Assembly (NCBI GenBank): GCA_964016885.1
Contig: OZ024740.1
Coordinates: 118,296,001 to 118,360,000, forward strand
Length of the DNA: 64,000 nucleotides
Source of the DNA: Eledone cirrhosa
Lineage: Eukaryota
Reading direction: 5' to 3'
Shown here: positions 40,890 through 53,200 of the stretch, piece after piece
Layout: the number at the start of each line of letters is the position of its first letter
Position numbering within the stretch: the first letter of the stretch is position 1
The notes under the pieces: generated by a model
The model's database searches: none
What the model saw: the letters and a program-made list of their open reading frames with translations, nothing else
Told to the model about the DNA's origin: nothing
Made by a program: the position numbers and the translations under genes

Positions 40890-41770
40890 ACACAAATACA
40901 CATACTTTCACACAAACACATACATACACTCACACAAAGACACATTCACATATATACATTTACACAAACACACACATACAGTCATGATAGCGTTCGGTGA
41001 ATTGGAAATGGGAAGGTAAAAGTACAACTTTTTATTTATTTATTAACAACCCAGTTTAACTCTTCTTTTTTTAAACTCATTTGTATAAAAATTTAATATA
41101 ATAATTACAGTACGAAAACACTAACAAATATAATATATACAAAGGAAAGGGAAAGGAGAAAAGTAAGAGAAAAAATACACAATCACATAATACCCACATC
41201 TTAGGCCACATAGAACAAAATGCAGGCAAAAGAATGGAGAAACGAGACACTACCAGAGCAAAAGATAGCAATATAGCGAGGAGCAATGGGAAACCTCTCT
41301 AATAATTTTGAGGCAGGCCAGCATGCTCGCAGTGTTACCTGGGGTGATGGCGAGGCTGAGGGGCTGGAACAAACAAGTGCCCTCACGAGCATCACCAGTT
41401 ACTTCTGTTTGGCAAGCCACCAATGAAGATAAGAACCTCGCTGTCAGTAGCCCGACTTCCCCAAACGTCTCGAACGCCACAGGCTAGATAATGTAGTTAG
41501 CTGACAGAACAGGGTATTTTAGGATTTTGTTCCGTTCAGCTGCAGATGCTGTAGCTCATGCCGTTACCGTTGCATCCAGGATGTGGGAAGAAGCAAAATA
41601 GTCACTAACTGATGTCCCAGGTAAGGCACCTGCCTCTTGACCAGGTGCACAGAGTAAGACCGTCAAGTCTTTTCCCATCAATTCAGGACAACTCAGACGG
41701 TTCCAAAATTGAGGGGATGTTTGCCTGGGCCAAAGCTCTTGAGTGGTAATAGGATAGTGTGTGCACACGC
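40890..41770 (-). mobile_element. CRE-like non-LTR retrotransposon 3' relic (restriction-like endonuclease)
   Basis: DGKRLDGLTLCTWSRGRCLTWD.VSDYFASSH...K.LKY...VAFETFG...TGDAREGTCLFQPLSLAITPGNTASML. Confidence 0.7.
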
Positions 41771-41924
41771 GAGTTTGTCATTGTTCTTAAATTAGAGACG
41801 TGTGTGAGTCACTTTTTTTAAAGTTAGAGACATTTATGTATGTATCCCTTTCCTTCCTTTTACATACACATACATCCACACAAACATATTGAGTGATGGA
41901 CGGGTGGACAGAAATTCCTCAAAT

Positions 41925-42545
41925 TTATATACATGTGAATGGAGCCGTGTTATGAGTGATGGAATGCAGGAGGCTGAATTAAGTGCAAGAATTGCAAAAG
42001 CTCATGCAGTAATGCGCCAGCCTCAGCATTTAGCAATCAGAAGAAGGGGGTAGGTGTAAAAGCCAAACTCGCTGTCTTTCTGGTATTCCTGCCAACTCTT
42101 ACTGAGGATCGTGAATCTTGAGTAATGACCAAAAGAACACAATTGCAAATAAAAGCGGCAGAAATGGGATTCCTCCGAAGGGTATTTGGAGTAACATTAC
42201 TCGATAAAGTGCATAGCTCAGAGACCAGAGAGTCACTCCTGGTATAGCCGCTACTTCTCTGAATTGAGAGATCACGACTCCGATATTATGAGCATGTGGT
42301 TAGAATGTCTCAGTAAAGAATCGCTGGATGCATTTTACAGGCAAAACCAACCGTCAAGAGACCCAGAGGTAGATCCTGAGCAAGATAGTTGGATAACATC
42401 CATGAGCTTGGCTGGTCACACTTTGGCATCCAGCTGGATCAGTTAGAGATGTCTGCTACTGACAGACTCACTGGAAGGAATGTTCAAGAAGGACTCTACT
42501 CCCACGACCCTCTCAGAAATAAGTGGGCGAAGAAGAAGGAGATAT
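41925..42545 (+). mobile_element. RTE (Expander/Rex3-like) LINE 3' fragment, third RTE family
   Basis: ELSARIAKA, AAEMGFLRRVFGVTLLDKV, IERSRLRYYEHVVRM, KRPRGR. Confidence 0.8.
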
Positions 42546-42611
42546 TGTCAATTTACTTTTCAATGTACATATATATATTTGCGTATAATACCAATATGGA
42601 AACTAAATATG

Positions 42612-42649
42612 CTAGCAGAAAACCGGCCGAAGGGCGGTTTTTCTGCTAG
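42612..42649 (+). repeat. GC hairpin ending CTAG|T, Helitron 3'-end-like
   Basis: CTAGCAGAAAACCGGCCGAAGGGCGGTTTTTCTGCTAG. Confidence 0.55.
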
Positions 42650-42652
42650 TAT

Positions 42653-42848
42653 TAATAACATTCGATTTGTTTGCAATTATGCAAACAAGCCTCATTTTAA
42701 AGCCATGTATGTAGAATGAGCCCCCCATTCTTGCTCTTGTGTTGGCATGTAAACAGAACTGCAGAGCAAGAATGAGGGGCTCATTCTACTGACATGGCTT
42801 TAAAAATGAGGCTTGTTTGCATAATTGCAAACGAATCGAATGTTATTA
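42653..42848. mobile_element. palindromic MITE-like element with ~85-bp arms
   Basis: TAATAACATTCGATTTGTTTGC...TTCTTGCTCT and AGAGCAAGAA...GAATCGAATGTTATTA. Confidence 0.75.
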
Positions 42849-42862
42849 TTAATATTCGAGAG

Positions 42863-43050
42863 TGGTGAATTGGCAGTATCGGTAGAGGGTTGGACGCCAT
42901 GCTATCTAGCATAGTTACGTCCCTTTACAGTCTGAGTTCAAATCCCGCCGAGGTTAACTTTGCCTTTCATCCTTACGGGGTCGATAAAATAAAGTACCAG
43001 TAATGTACTGGGTAACTGCTGGCCTTGTGCCTAAAGTAGAAACAATTATT
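42863..43050 (+). mobile_element. SINE family A with TSD
   Basis: TTATTAATATTCGA at 42846-42859 and 43046-43059. Confidence 0.88.
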
Positions 43051-43099
43051 AATATTCGAAAAACTCAGATTACATTTATTGTATTCAGCCATGTAGAGC

Positions 43100-43143
<44 letters not shown>

Positions 43144-43266
43144 GGAGGTGAGTTTTATTGTAGTACAATAAAGCAATGCAGATATCGGATAAGAAGCACT
43201 CTACAGTTTGTAGGACTGGAGTATACATAATATAAGATCAAAAGATGGTTAAAGGAGTTCCATGTA

Positions 43267-43333
43267 TTTTATTATGCGCATTTCAAAAACAAACATCATC
43301 ATGCAATAATATTTGTGTTTTCATCAGATAAAA
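43267..43333 (-). ncRNA. type I hammerhead ribozyme motif with palindromic stem III
   Basis: TTTTAT-CTGATGA-aaacacaaatattatt-gcat-gatgatgtttgttttt-GAAA-TGCGCA-TA-ATAAAA. Confidence 0.8.
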
Positions 43334-44361
43334 CAGGAGAACATGATATGAAGGCTAAAAAACACTTGTGGATAGTGCAGTTTTAAATCAACATATGAAA
43401 AGTGGTTTTAGATTGATGTGTGCTATTGGAAAAAATATTTTATTTAGAGAGGGGGGGGGAGGATGAAAAAGGGGAGGAGATGAGAGGGAGAGATGGGTGA
43501 TAGAGAGAAAGAGATAGTTTTTATAACTGAGAGGAGATATATTGTTTTACATAGAGAGGTTGAAAACCGTTGGAAGATAATGTATAAATTAAAAAAAATT
43601 TGAAAATTAACGAAGGGAGGGTATGTGCGAGGAAAAAGTATTTTATTTAGGGAGGGGGGGTGGAAAGGATGAAAAAAGGGGGAGGAGATGAGAGTGAAGG
43701 TGGAGAGGGAGAGATGGGTGATAGAGAGAAAGAGATAGTTTTTATAACTGAGAAAAAGATATATTGTTTTACATAGAGAGGTTGAGAACCGTTGGAAGAT
43801 AATGTATAAATTAAAGGAATTTGAAAATTAACGAAGGGAATTTATGTATGAAGATAGAGAGAAAAAATAATAATTGTGGATGAATATTCTAACGTGAAAA
43901 AAAGTGTATGTTGATAAGTATTGTGGCAATTTCAAAATTAACGAAGAGAAAAATTATTAAGGTTTGTGTGTAGAAGGATTTGAGAAAAATAATGTGAAGT
44001 TAAAGTTTGTATATTGAAGGAATTGATAATATATGCGAATAAAGAGTTAATATGTATTAAGAATGAGTTCGTTGATGGGGAGAAAAAAATAATAGATTAA
44101 GGATGAAATTGAGATTAAAAAGATTTATGATAGAGAGAAAAAAATAATAATGATTGCGGATGAATATTCTAACGTCAAAAAAACAAATGTATATGTTATG
44201 AAGGATTTTACAAGGTGAATATAGAATGAGGGTAATGAGTAAACAAGTATTATGGAGTGTATAATGCCCTTTAAAGTATGGTAGGAAGATGGGTATATTT
44301 TAAAGAGGTGTATGTATATGTGCCTTTGAGAAAAGATTCTAAATTGATAAAGAATTGAATA

Positions 44362-45444
44362 TTAACTGTATACTTTGTGAAAAGTTCTATGGAATTTATG
44401 CAGGCAGATAGAAAACAAATCTGTACGTCTATTTATTATAGAATCTAGGTTAGAGATAATGGTAAATTTTTCATTTAGGCAGAGATTACAGATTTTAGAT
44501 AGAGAGCTGTTCAAGTATGAGGATGCAGAAGAAACCTTCTTCCAAAAGATGGTATATTTAATGTTTTTGTCTTTTAAGGACCATATGAGTTCTGAGAGAG
44601 CAGTGTTGGTTCTTTTAAGTTTGTATTTGAAAGATGAATGATGATTATAGAGACGAGCTTTAAAAGAGGTGGAAGTGGAGCCAAAATAGGTGAAGGAATT
44701 GGTGCTAGTTATAATTTTACATTCATAAATTAAGTTTTTATCGAGACAATGGTTGTTGAGAGGACATTTATTTTTAATGCGGCAGTTGCAATTAGAGAGA
44801 TTATTAATGAGTGACCTAGTGTTATCTATAGAAGGAATTGGATTGGAGAAGTTGTTTGCGATAGGAATAATAGGAATAATAGTTTCTTGATTTAGAGTTG
44901 GATTATGAACATTTAGCGAAGTTGTGTTTGACGTTGTATTTGGGTTTACAGAAGTTAGCCTAGGGTTTACAATGACGTCGGGAGTACTATTACTGTTATT
45001 ATGAAATTCAATGTTGGAAGGAAGAGATTTAGTATTTAGTATTTTATTGTTGTGTTTAGAGATGATGTTGGAAATATTGGAGGATGTGGAATAAGAAAAT
45101 TTGATGGTGTGTTTGTTAAATATTTTACTATAGATATGTGAGGGAGGGAAGCATTTATTTAAGGCACTAAAATATAATTTAGGAATATTGTTATTAATAG
45201 AGATGGAGAAAGGAGCATTATACCAGATTATGTGTTTGTATCTAGGTCTTTTATTAAAATTATTGGAATGATCATGATTAATTATTCTACTGTAAGTTTT
45301 TCTAGAATTTGTTTCTTTACTATATTTGATTTTATCTGGATAGCCGGCTTTAGAAAGTGCGTTATTATAGTAATTGGCGTTAGAATCAAAGATGTTTTTA
45401 TTAGAGGATATGTTAGATATTCTTTTTCCAATATTACTAACCAT
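44362..45444 (-). CDS. C-terminal 360 aa of a Penelope-like RT/GIY-YIG protein
   Basis: IIWYNAPFS, KIFNKHTIKFSYS, CNCRIKNKCPL, LIYECK...YFGST...FKARLYNH, CNLCLNEK...RTDLFSICLH. Confidence 0.8.
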   Translation of the reverse strand: MVSNIGKRISNISSNKNIFDSNANYYNNALSKAGYPDKIKYSKETNSRKTYSRIINHDHSNNFNKRPRYKHIIWYNAPFSISINNNIPKLYFSALNKCFPPSHIYSKIFNKHTIKFSYSTSSNISNIISKHNNKILNTKSLPSNIEFHNNSNSTPDVIVNPRLTSVNPNTTSNTTSLNVHNPTLNQETIIPIIPIANNFSNPIPSIDNTRSLINNLSNCNCRIKNKCPLNNHCLDKNLIYECKIITSTNSFTYFGSTSTSFKARLYNHHSSFKYKLKRTNTALSELIWSLKDKNIKYTIFWKKVSSASSYLNSSLSKICNLCLNEKFTIISNLDSIINRRTDLFSICLHKFHRTFHKVYS

Positions 45445-45455
45445 AGCATTCTTGA

Positions 45456-45956
45456 TATTGCTGTTCGTATACAGGCATCATACAATGTGCCTTTCATTTT
45501 TAGAGAGAAACCTTTTGTGGCCAACAGCGGTATAAGCTCTCTGAACTTTTTCCATCCCGTCCTGACTCTGGCTACTGTACTTTCAGAACACCCTCCACCA
45601 CTGCTGATTTCGTCACCCAGGTAACGGAAAGTGTCTACTATTTCTATAGAACCATCTGGGCAATAGAAGGAGCTAGTATCCTTTGGACACTTCCTACTTA
45701 TTGCACCTGAGCATCGGCCACATATAAAGCCTACGTTCTTAGATAGTTTCCCTGTGATCCCACTACATCTTTTATGTGCCCATACTTTGCATTTGGGATA
45801 TAAAATGGAATTTCTGCCTACTCCTTTCCTACACACTGAGTATGGCCATTTTCCAGAGGGCACCTGTGCCCTATTTTCCTTTCTGCAAAGTAGGACTTTA
45901 GTTTTAGACAAGTTAACTTTAAGACATTTTGATGCTAGGCCATGCTTCCATGTTTG

Positions 45957-45960
<4 letters not shown>
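45456..45960 (-). mobile_element. RTE LINE internal fragment (family of 46890-48685)
   Basis: WKHGLASKCLKVNLSKTKV...CRKGVGRNS...RTGWKKFRELIPLL. Confidence 0.85.
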
Positions 45961-46001
<41 letters not shown>

Positions 46002-46889
46002 ATGCTTGCTTGGGTTAGGCATTCTGAGGTTAGATAGGTGGATCACAAGACTGTGTCCTGATGATATGTTTCATTTCGGCATTCTTTTCAAGGTTGGATG
46101 CCCTCTCTAGCAATAACCACTTCATGCCCTGCACTGGGTTTGTTTTCTCGTGGTACCACCTCTTCCTACTGACAGGGTGAACTGGGTGCGTTTTATCGCT
46201 TCCATGTTCCAATGTGGGCTAAGCTCTGGGGCAATTTGATTGTGGTGCTATTACATTTCAACAATATATGTGTGGAGAAGTGTTATTTAGTTTACATATA
46301 TTTGCAATGGAGAGAGGGCAAGAAAGCTGTTTTATATATATTCATGCATACCACCATACAAATATACATAGATTCAATATATATTTTCATGAATATGCAA
46401 GCATTCCCTACTTTCTAATGAATCTATATGTTATTATTGATGTAATTTTTTATATCCTCATAAATACATATATTTAATATCATATAAAGGCATTGAAATA
46501 TGAAAAGGTTATATGCATCCACAACAGAGATAACAAAAGACCATGAGATTTGGTGATATATGGTATGGGAGAAGATGTGCCTGCCAGCATAAACATGTGA
46601 CCTGACACCCACCTCACACTACTGTTGATACTTAAAGACTACTCTCACTGTCACTGTACAACCACCACGCTCTCTGCATCTAACCACCAGCCTCCTCACA
46701 CTAGTAAACTCCAACACACCTGTCATACATCCATAAAATACTTTCTCACCTCTTCTCCCCCCTATCTCACCACTGGAAACCCAACTTACTACATAGAGCT
46801 TGCCAACTATTCCCCCACCTTGTCGCTGGCTCATAATATACTCAGACTCAGACTCAGAAACTCCCGCGTCTTGCGACGCATGAGGCAAT

Positions 46890-48685
46890 CATAGTGTTCC
46901 ATTGCGTTCGGTCAGCAGCCAGTTGCACAGCGTTCCGGGTTTGGACGGGGGTTTTCCCACTTGAGGCAAGAGTGGTTGTCTTGCTCGCATAGGACTATCT
47001 GGCGGGTTTTCTACAGCTGGATGCCCTTCCTAACACCAACCACATTTACAGTGTGGGGCTGGGAGGTTTTTACCGTGTTGCCTACACGGCCACATTACAG
47101 CGTGAACTGTGTGTTTTTTTGACGTGACACCTACACGATCTCATTTGTTTCGGCCTGGATGTTGTGGCACCAACATAACTTTACATTGAAAGGGGCGGTG
47201 TGGATGGGGTGGGGGTGGTGGGACGGGGGTTAATTTTGTTAGAGATGCCTACTGACTGTAGTAGGTTTTACTTTATATTTAGGTAAGACGGGTCTTCTCT
47301 ATTACTGAGTACCGCCAAAGGTCTTGGTCCAGTGACATTGTCTTGGTGAGGTGTAAGTGTGTGAGGTCGGAATTTATCAGCTCGTCCCAGGTTTTTCTGG
47401 GTCTGCTTATTCCGTGGCTACCGTCTATCTTTATTGCCCTGCACTTTGTTATACAGCTATCGTCCTTCATGCGCATCACGTGACCATACCAACGTAGCCT
47501 TCTCTCGAGTAAACAACATCTGATCCCTCTTATTTCTAATTTTTTCCTTAGTTCGTTTATGCTTTGCCGTTCACGTATATTACTATTACACATCCAGCGG
47601 AGCATGCAAGCTTCGTTTCTCTCTAGTCTGCGTATATCCTCTGCACACATTGCCCAGGTCTCACTGCCATGCAACATTGCTGTTTGTATGCAGGCATCGT
47701 ACAACCTGCCTTTCCTCTTTAGGGAGAACCCTTTAGCGGCTAATAGTGGTATAAACTCTCTGAACTTTTTCCATCCAGTTCTGACTCTAGCTACTGTACT
47801 TTCAGAGCACCCTCCCCCACTGCTGATTTTGTCACCCAGATAACGGAAGCTGTCCCCTATTTCTATAGAACCCTCTGCGCAGTTGAAAGAGCTAGTATAT
47901 TGTGGGCACTTGCTGCTACTTATTGCACCAGAGCACCGGCCACATGTAAAATCTATGTTCTTAGTTAGCTTACCTGTGATCCCACTACATCTTTTATGCA
48001 CCCATACTTTGTATTTGGGACACAAAATGGAGTTTCTACCTACGCCTTTCCTACACACTGAGAATGGCCACTTCCCGGAAGGGACCGCCGCCTTATTTTC
48101 TTTCTTACAAACTAGAACTTTAGTCTTAGCCAGGTTAATTTTAAGGCCTTTTGATTCTAGGCCGTGCTTCCATGTTTGGAATTTCTTCTCTAGCTCGGCC
48201 ATTGATTCAGCTATGAGTGTTAGGTCATCTGCGTATAGGAGTTCCCATGGGCAACCGGTCTTGAACTCCTCTGTTATAGCCTGAAGGGCAATAATAAATA
48301 GTAGGGGGCTGAGAAAACAGCCCTGATGGACGCCAACTTTTACGCTAAACTCTTCACTATATTCGTTGTTAATTCTAACCTTGCTGACTGTTTCTTTATA
48401 CATGGCTTGTATAGCTCTCACAAGCCATTTGTCAACACCTAGTTTTCTAAGAGCCCACCAGATAATGGAACGGGGGAGTCTGTCGAAGGCTTTCTCCAAG
48501 TCGACAAAATCTAAGTATAGGCGTTTACTTTTAGCTAGGTACTTCTCCTGTAGTTGTCGTACAATGAAAAGAGCGTCTGTTGTACTTTTGCCTGACACAA
48601 ACCCGAACTGCATTTCATCTAGATCAATTCTCTCTCTGATTAGTTGCGCTATTACTTTTTCCGTGACCTTCATGACCTGGTCGAT
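46890..48685 (-). mobile_element. 5'-truncated RTE LINE; open 464-aa RT ORF (47279-48673) plus 3'UTR
   Basis: QFGF..GKSTTD, DLEKAFDR, GVHQG..LSPLLF, LYADDL, Cys-rich insert, RRLRWYGH; UTR shares the SINE B tail. Confidence 0.92.
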
Positions 48686-48696
48686 TTATATATACA

Positions 48697-48730
<34 letters not shown>

Positions 48731-50218
48731 CAATAATAAAATGTACTTAGTGCACTCAGTACAATGTGGGAACATATGTAAACAGGATGCAGGCATCTGG
48801 TCCATCTGAGATGTACTGGCTTGTTCTGTGACAACTAATCCAAAATGTGACAGCAGGGAAAACAGATGTTAAATCCTGATTATGATTTACATTTACAAAC
48901 ATACACAAAACTTTTTGTGGCTGTGTTTTCAGGCCAGGCATTTTTCTATGATAACATTTAAATGTATCTTACAACATAGAGAGATATGTTGCTCCGGTTC
49001 TAAAAAGCAGGATACACATGGTGTGGATTATATATTTTAACTTCAATTTTTATTTTCATTACTGTCCTTTAGTTATTCTGCTTATTTCTAGAATGATTAT
49101 CGTATTTAATATTTTTCAAAATTTTTTTTATTCATACAAGTTATTTATTTTCTCATTTTATAAATTTTACCAGTGTATTAATCTATTTTATTTTTATATA
49201 TTTTAATTATTAACATAATTGCTTCATTGACAATTATAATTTTTATATATTGCTCTTATTTTTACATTTATTTTCCTTTGTTTCTCTACTATTTTTCCTT
49301 TTCATTATTCCATTTCAACCAGTGCTTTAGAATTCAGAGTAGCAATATGCTCTGGAATCTTCTTTTACTTCATCTTTTACTTCATTTTCTTTTATTCTAA
49401 TTCTATAAATCTCCCAGATTGACTTTCACAACCGAGAGAAAAACCTATAGAAAAGACTTGCAAACTATCAATATTGAATGACAGTCCCTCCTGAATGGTC
49501 TTGACACACTGCCAGTTAACATTGCAAAGTGTAAAATAGATTCTGTCCCATGAATACCATTAGATTTCCCATAAGACTACAGCACTGATATCAGAATTGC
49601 AGTCTCTATTGATTGCAATATCAAAGTGATTTGTCTTCTTCATCTGAAAGCTACTGTTCTCATCTACACCTTCTTCCTCACCCCACTACTGATTTAATTT
49701 GTTGCATTTTAGATGGGAATGTATTAGAAGAATACAGGAGAAAGTTGGGCAAAATACTTTGAAGAGTCACAAGAAAGAATTTTTGCTAGCAATAATTTTT
49801 TTTTTTAATGTCATATATTTCTCTGTCTATCTATTCTTCTTTGTCTGTCTGCACACTTTATCAGTTTCAGTCTTTTCTCATCTCACCCTTTAAATATGTG
49901 TATGTGTGTGCATAACTATGTTCATATTTGTGAGAGAGAGTGTGTGTCTGTCTGTGTGTGTGTGTTTGTATATGCACTTGGGACATTGAGTGAATGAGGA
50001 TGCAGTTTTATAAAATTACATATTGTTATCTATATGTTCATATGTTTTTGCAATATTATCATGTCTTTTGGTCATTCATTTATGATTTACATGTAACTTG
50101 TTCATATCTAAATGCCTTTATATAATATTAAATACATGTATTTATGAGGACATAAAAATATTCCATGATTGCTAACATATTGAAAGGCATATATGCATGC
50201 ATATCGATGAAAAAAACA

Positions 50219-50250
<32 letters not shown>

Positions 50251-53200
50251 GACCATTGCTCTTTATCCCCAACTCTTTCTCTGTCTAGACACATGCCTAC
50301 AAGCACATCCACCTACATATACACACATGGCAGTATGGAAAAGCAGATAAAAAATGACGATAATGATGATCTAATGGAGCTGGAACTAATGAGCTATATA
50401 TATAAATAATTACAAAATACTTGAAGTAAAATGCACATCTTCAGTAAAGTAATTATGCATTTACATGATATAAAAATGTAAACCTAAATAAACAGGTTTT
50501 TTTTCAAACTAAGTGAAATTTTACTGGTGTTTTGGGGCTTTAAAATATTCTGGTGGTTTTTTATTGGTTCTGAAGTAGTGGAAAATAAAGTTGACTTCGG
50601 GTGTAGAAAATCAGATTATTGTCTGAAACAAAATACTGAATGCTTTTAATACAATTCTAAACAGTTTTGAATATCTTCGAAAAAGTGTGGTGAAAATTCT
50701 TCAAAAGCAATTCATCTATATATATTTGCTCTTTTAAGCCCTTGGTTGGCTCTGACTGAGTGAAGCTATAATCAGGAGAAATCTAGCCATAAACATCCCA
50801 TATTTTTTCCAGAAATAGTGTACATTAAATTATATCATCCAGCATTTCCTTTCTTTAAGACAGTAGGATGTGGATTGAGGGATATTTTGTTGCTGTTTCT
50901 AGCAGGTCAACCATCAATGTAAAGGTTCCTTCCATTGGTCTCAACAACAAGTGTTCCAATTGTTTCAACTTCAGAACAGCCTGCTCAAGAAATTAATGTG
51001 CAAGTGGCTGAGCATTCCAAAAGCACCTGCACTTTTAATAACGTTCTCGGTGAAATTCAGTATAACACAGTCTATGACAAGGTTGGCCCTATTAAACTAA
51101 AGATACAGTTGAGTAAACGGGAGAAATGTGAAATAAAGAGTCTTGCATAAGGACACGATGCATCACTGGGAATTGAACTCACAACCTAATGATTGAGAGC
51201 TATATACCCTATTCACTAAACCAAACTTAAAATATATGAGTTACTTTTAGATGTATCAGTCACTAACAAACAGCATCATTTTAAAAGATTTCTTTTTAAT
51301 CCCTCTTAACAAAAATTATTTGAAGGTTTGTTTTTCAAAAAGTAGATATTAGTTTAAAAGTATCACTTTTTATTGAAGATTAGAAAAGAGATTAAACAAT
51401 GAATACATGACTGGTGAAAATATTGAATTTCTTTGTTATATAATTATTGATGGTGAGCCAGTCTTTATGGCTCAAGTAAACCAATTTTATAGCTGTAGAA
51501 TCATTCAGAACAACTTCTTCATTCAATACTCCAATTATGCTTACAAGATATCTAAAATGTTCTTCAGGGTTGAGCTTTGTCATTTATTTAACATTCTAGC
51601 CATAAACAGTTTAGCTTTGTTATGCATGCATTAAACATCAAATATTTTCAGGGATGGAATTTTAATTATTCTTATACAACCTCCTCTTGTTAGCAGGGTT
51701 GTATATATTATAGGTGGAGTGGGTGAATGCCTTGGACACTTGTTATCACACAGAGCCCCACTAAGAACAACCCTGGCTCCCCGAAACCTGAACTGAGCTG
51801 GGCTACTGAAACCTGAACTGCCCTAAGCCCCTCTAAATATGGCTCTGCTTGTTGTATAATATGCATGTTGTTGTACATTGTATGTTTGACATATTTGGTA
51901 TCATGATGGTGTGCTGCATGGTTTAGAATATTTAGCAAAGTAAGACGTTTGGTATGGAGATATTAGACATGTAGCAAAATATAGATTCATTGAGTAAGGG
52001 ACTATGTATATTTGTGATATTACTTGGATTAATATTTTACTTAGTAATAATGGACTTGAACAAAAACATACCAAACTGATGGTAATGAAGATGAGATTCA
52101 CTACATGAAGACAACTTAACATGGTATGATGTGAAATAATAATATACAAGACTGGCAGAAAACACAACATTCATCAGTTGCATATTTCTTTGTAGTTGGT
52201 CAATGATGGGACCCCCAAAACAAATCAAAAATCAATTAAGGATGTTCATTACTTTTTCAGTTTATGGAGATCTATGTGAACTTTATATGTTTACATGGCC
52301 TCTTCTTCTTTGCCCACTTATGCCTGAGAGGGTCGCAGGGAAAGAGTTTGCAAACACTCCTTCCAGCAGGTCCTGTCAGAAGCAACCATCTCCAGCTGAT
52401 CCAGCTTATGTTTACATGGCTATATACCAAACCTGTATATTTATATACACATTCCTACAGTCTTAGTGAATCAAGAATAACACTCCTCTTTAGGAAATGC
52501 CTGAAAGTAGGGAAGCTGTTGAAGTATTTGTGGAACCAATTGGTAAGAAATTTCAAGTTGCTTACAACTAAGACATATATCTTCATATGAATAATAGATA
52601 CTTGAAAAATGGTAGAACGTGCTGAAAAGTGTTAGCTATGGTTGTACCTGTGAATGATATGAGTTATCTAGTCTCAAGTCATTTTACTTCTACAAAAAAA
52701 GAATCATCATTGGCTTGGATGGCATCTAAGAAGAGATGCATAAGATGATTTTGAAGAAGATATATATGAAGATATTTATAGAAAGACATTACATATCAGG
52801 AGATTTTTCAAGAAGACATATATATGAAGAAGATTTCTAAAGTGATATACAGTTTTTAAGAAAGAGATTAATTAGAAAATATCTATAAGAAGAGATCCTG
52901 TAATTTTATTGTTTTATATACACTGACTCAAAGATTTTATATAACTCTGTGGGTTTATATATGCCCATATGTATCCTTGTTGGTTTATTTATTCCCAGCC
53001 AAGGAGATTATATAGCCTTATTAGGTTTTATGCTCACAGATACATTACATAGCCTTGTTGTTTATATACATCCATTCAGAAACATTTTGTGTCCATGTTC
53101 CTTTATTTATATCCTGTCTGGAATGTTATATAATCTTGTTCACGTTTTATTTTAAGGAAATGTTAGAATTGTACTAATGATTAAAACAGGTACCATTAAC

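Larger units (their letters stand above)
43141..45455 (-). mobile_element. 5'-truncated Penelope-like element (RT C-terminus, linker, GIY-YIG, 3' repeat)
   Basis: Open ORF 44362-45444; ~200-bp tandem duplication 43438-43840; hammerhead 43267-43333; ends in (TA)n. Confidence 0.88.

Noticed and set aside
51392-52590. Short non-repetitive ORFs
   Set aside because: No recognisable motif or splice pattern; possibly a very old transposon.
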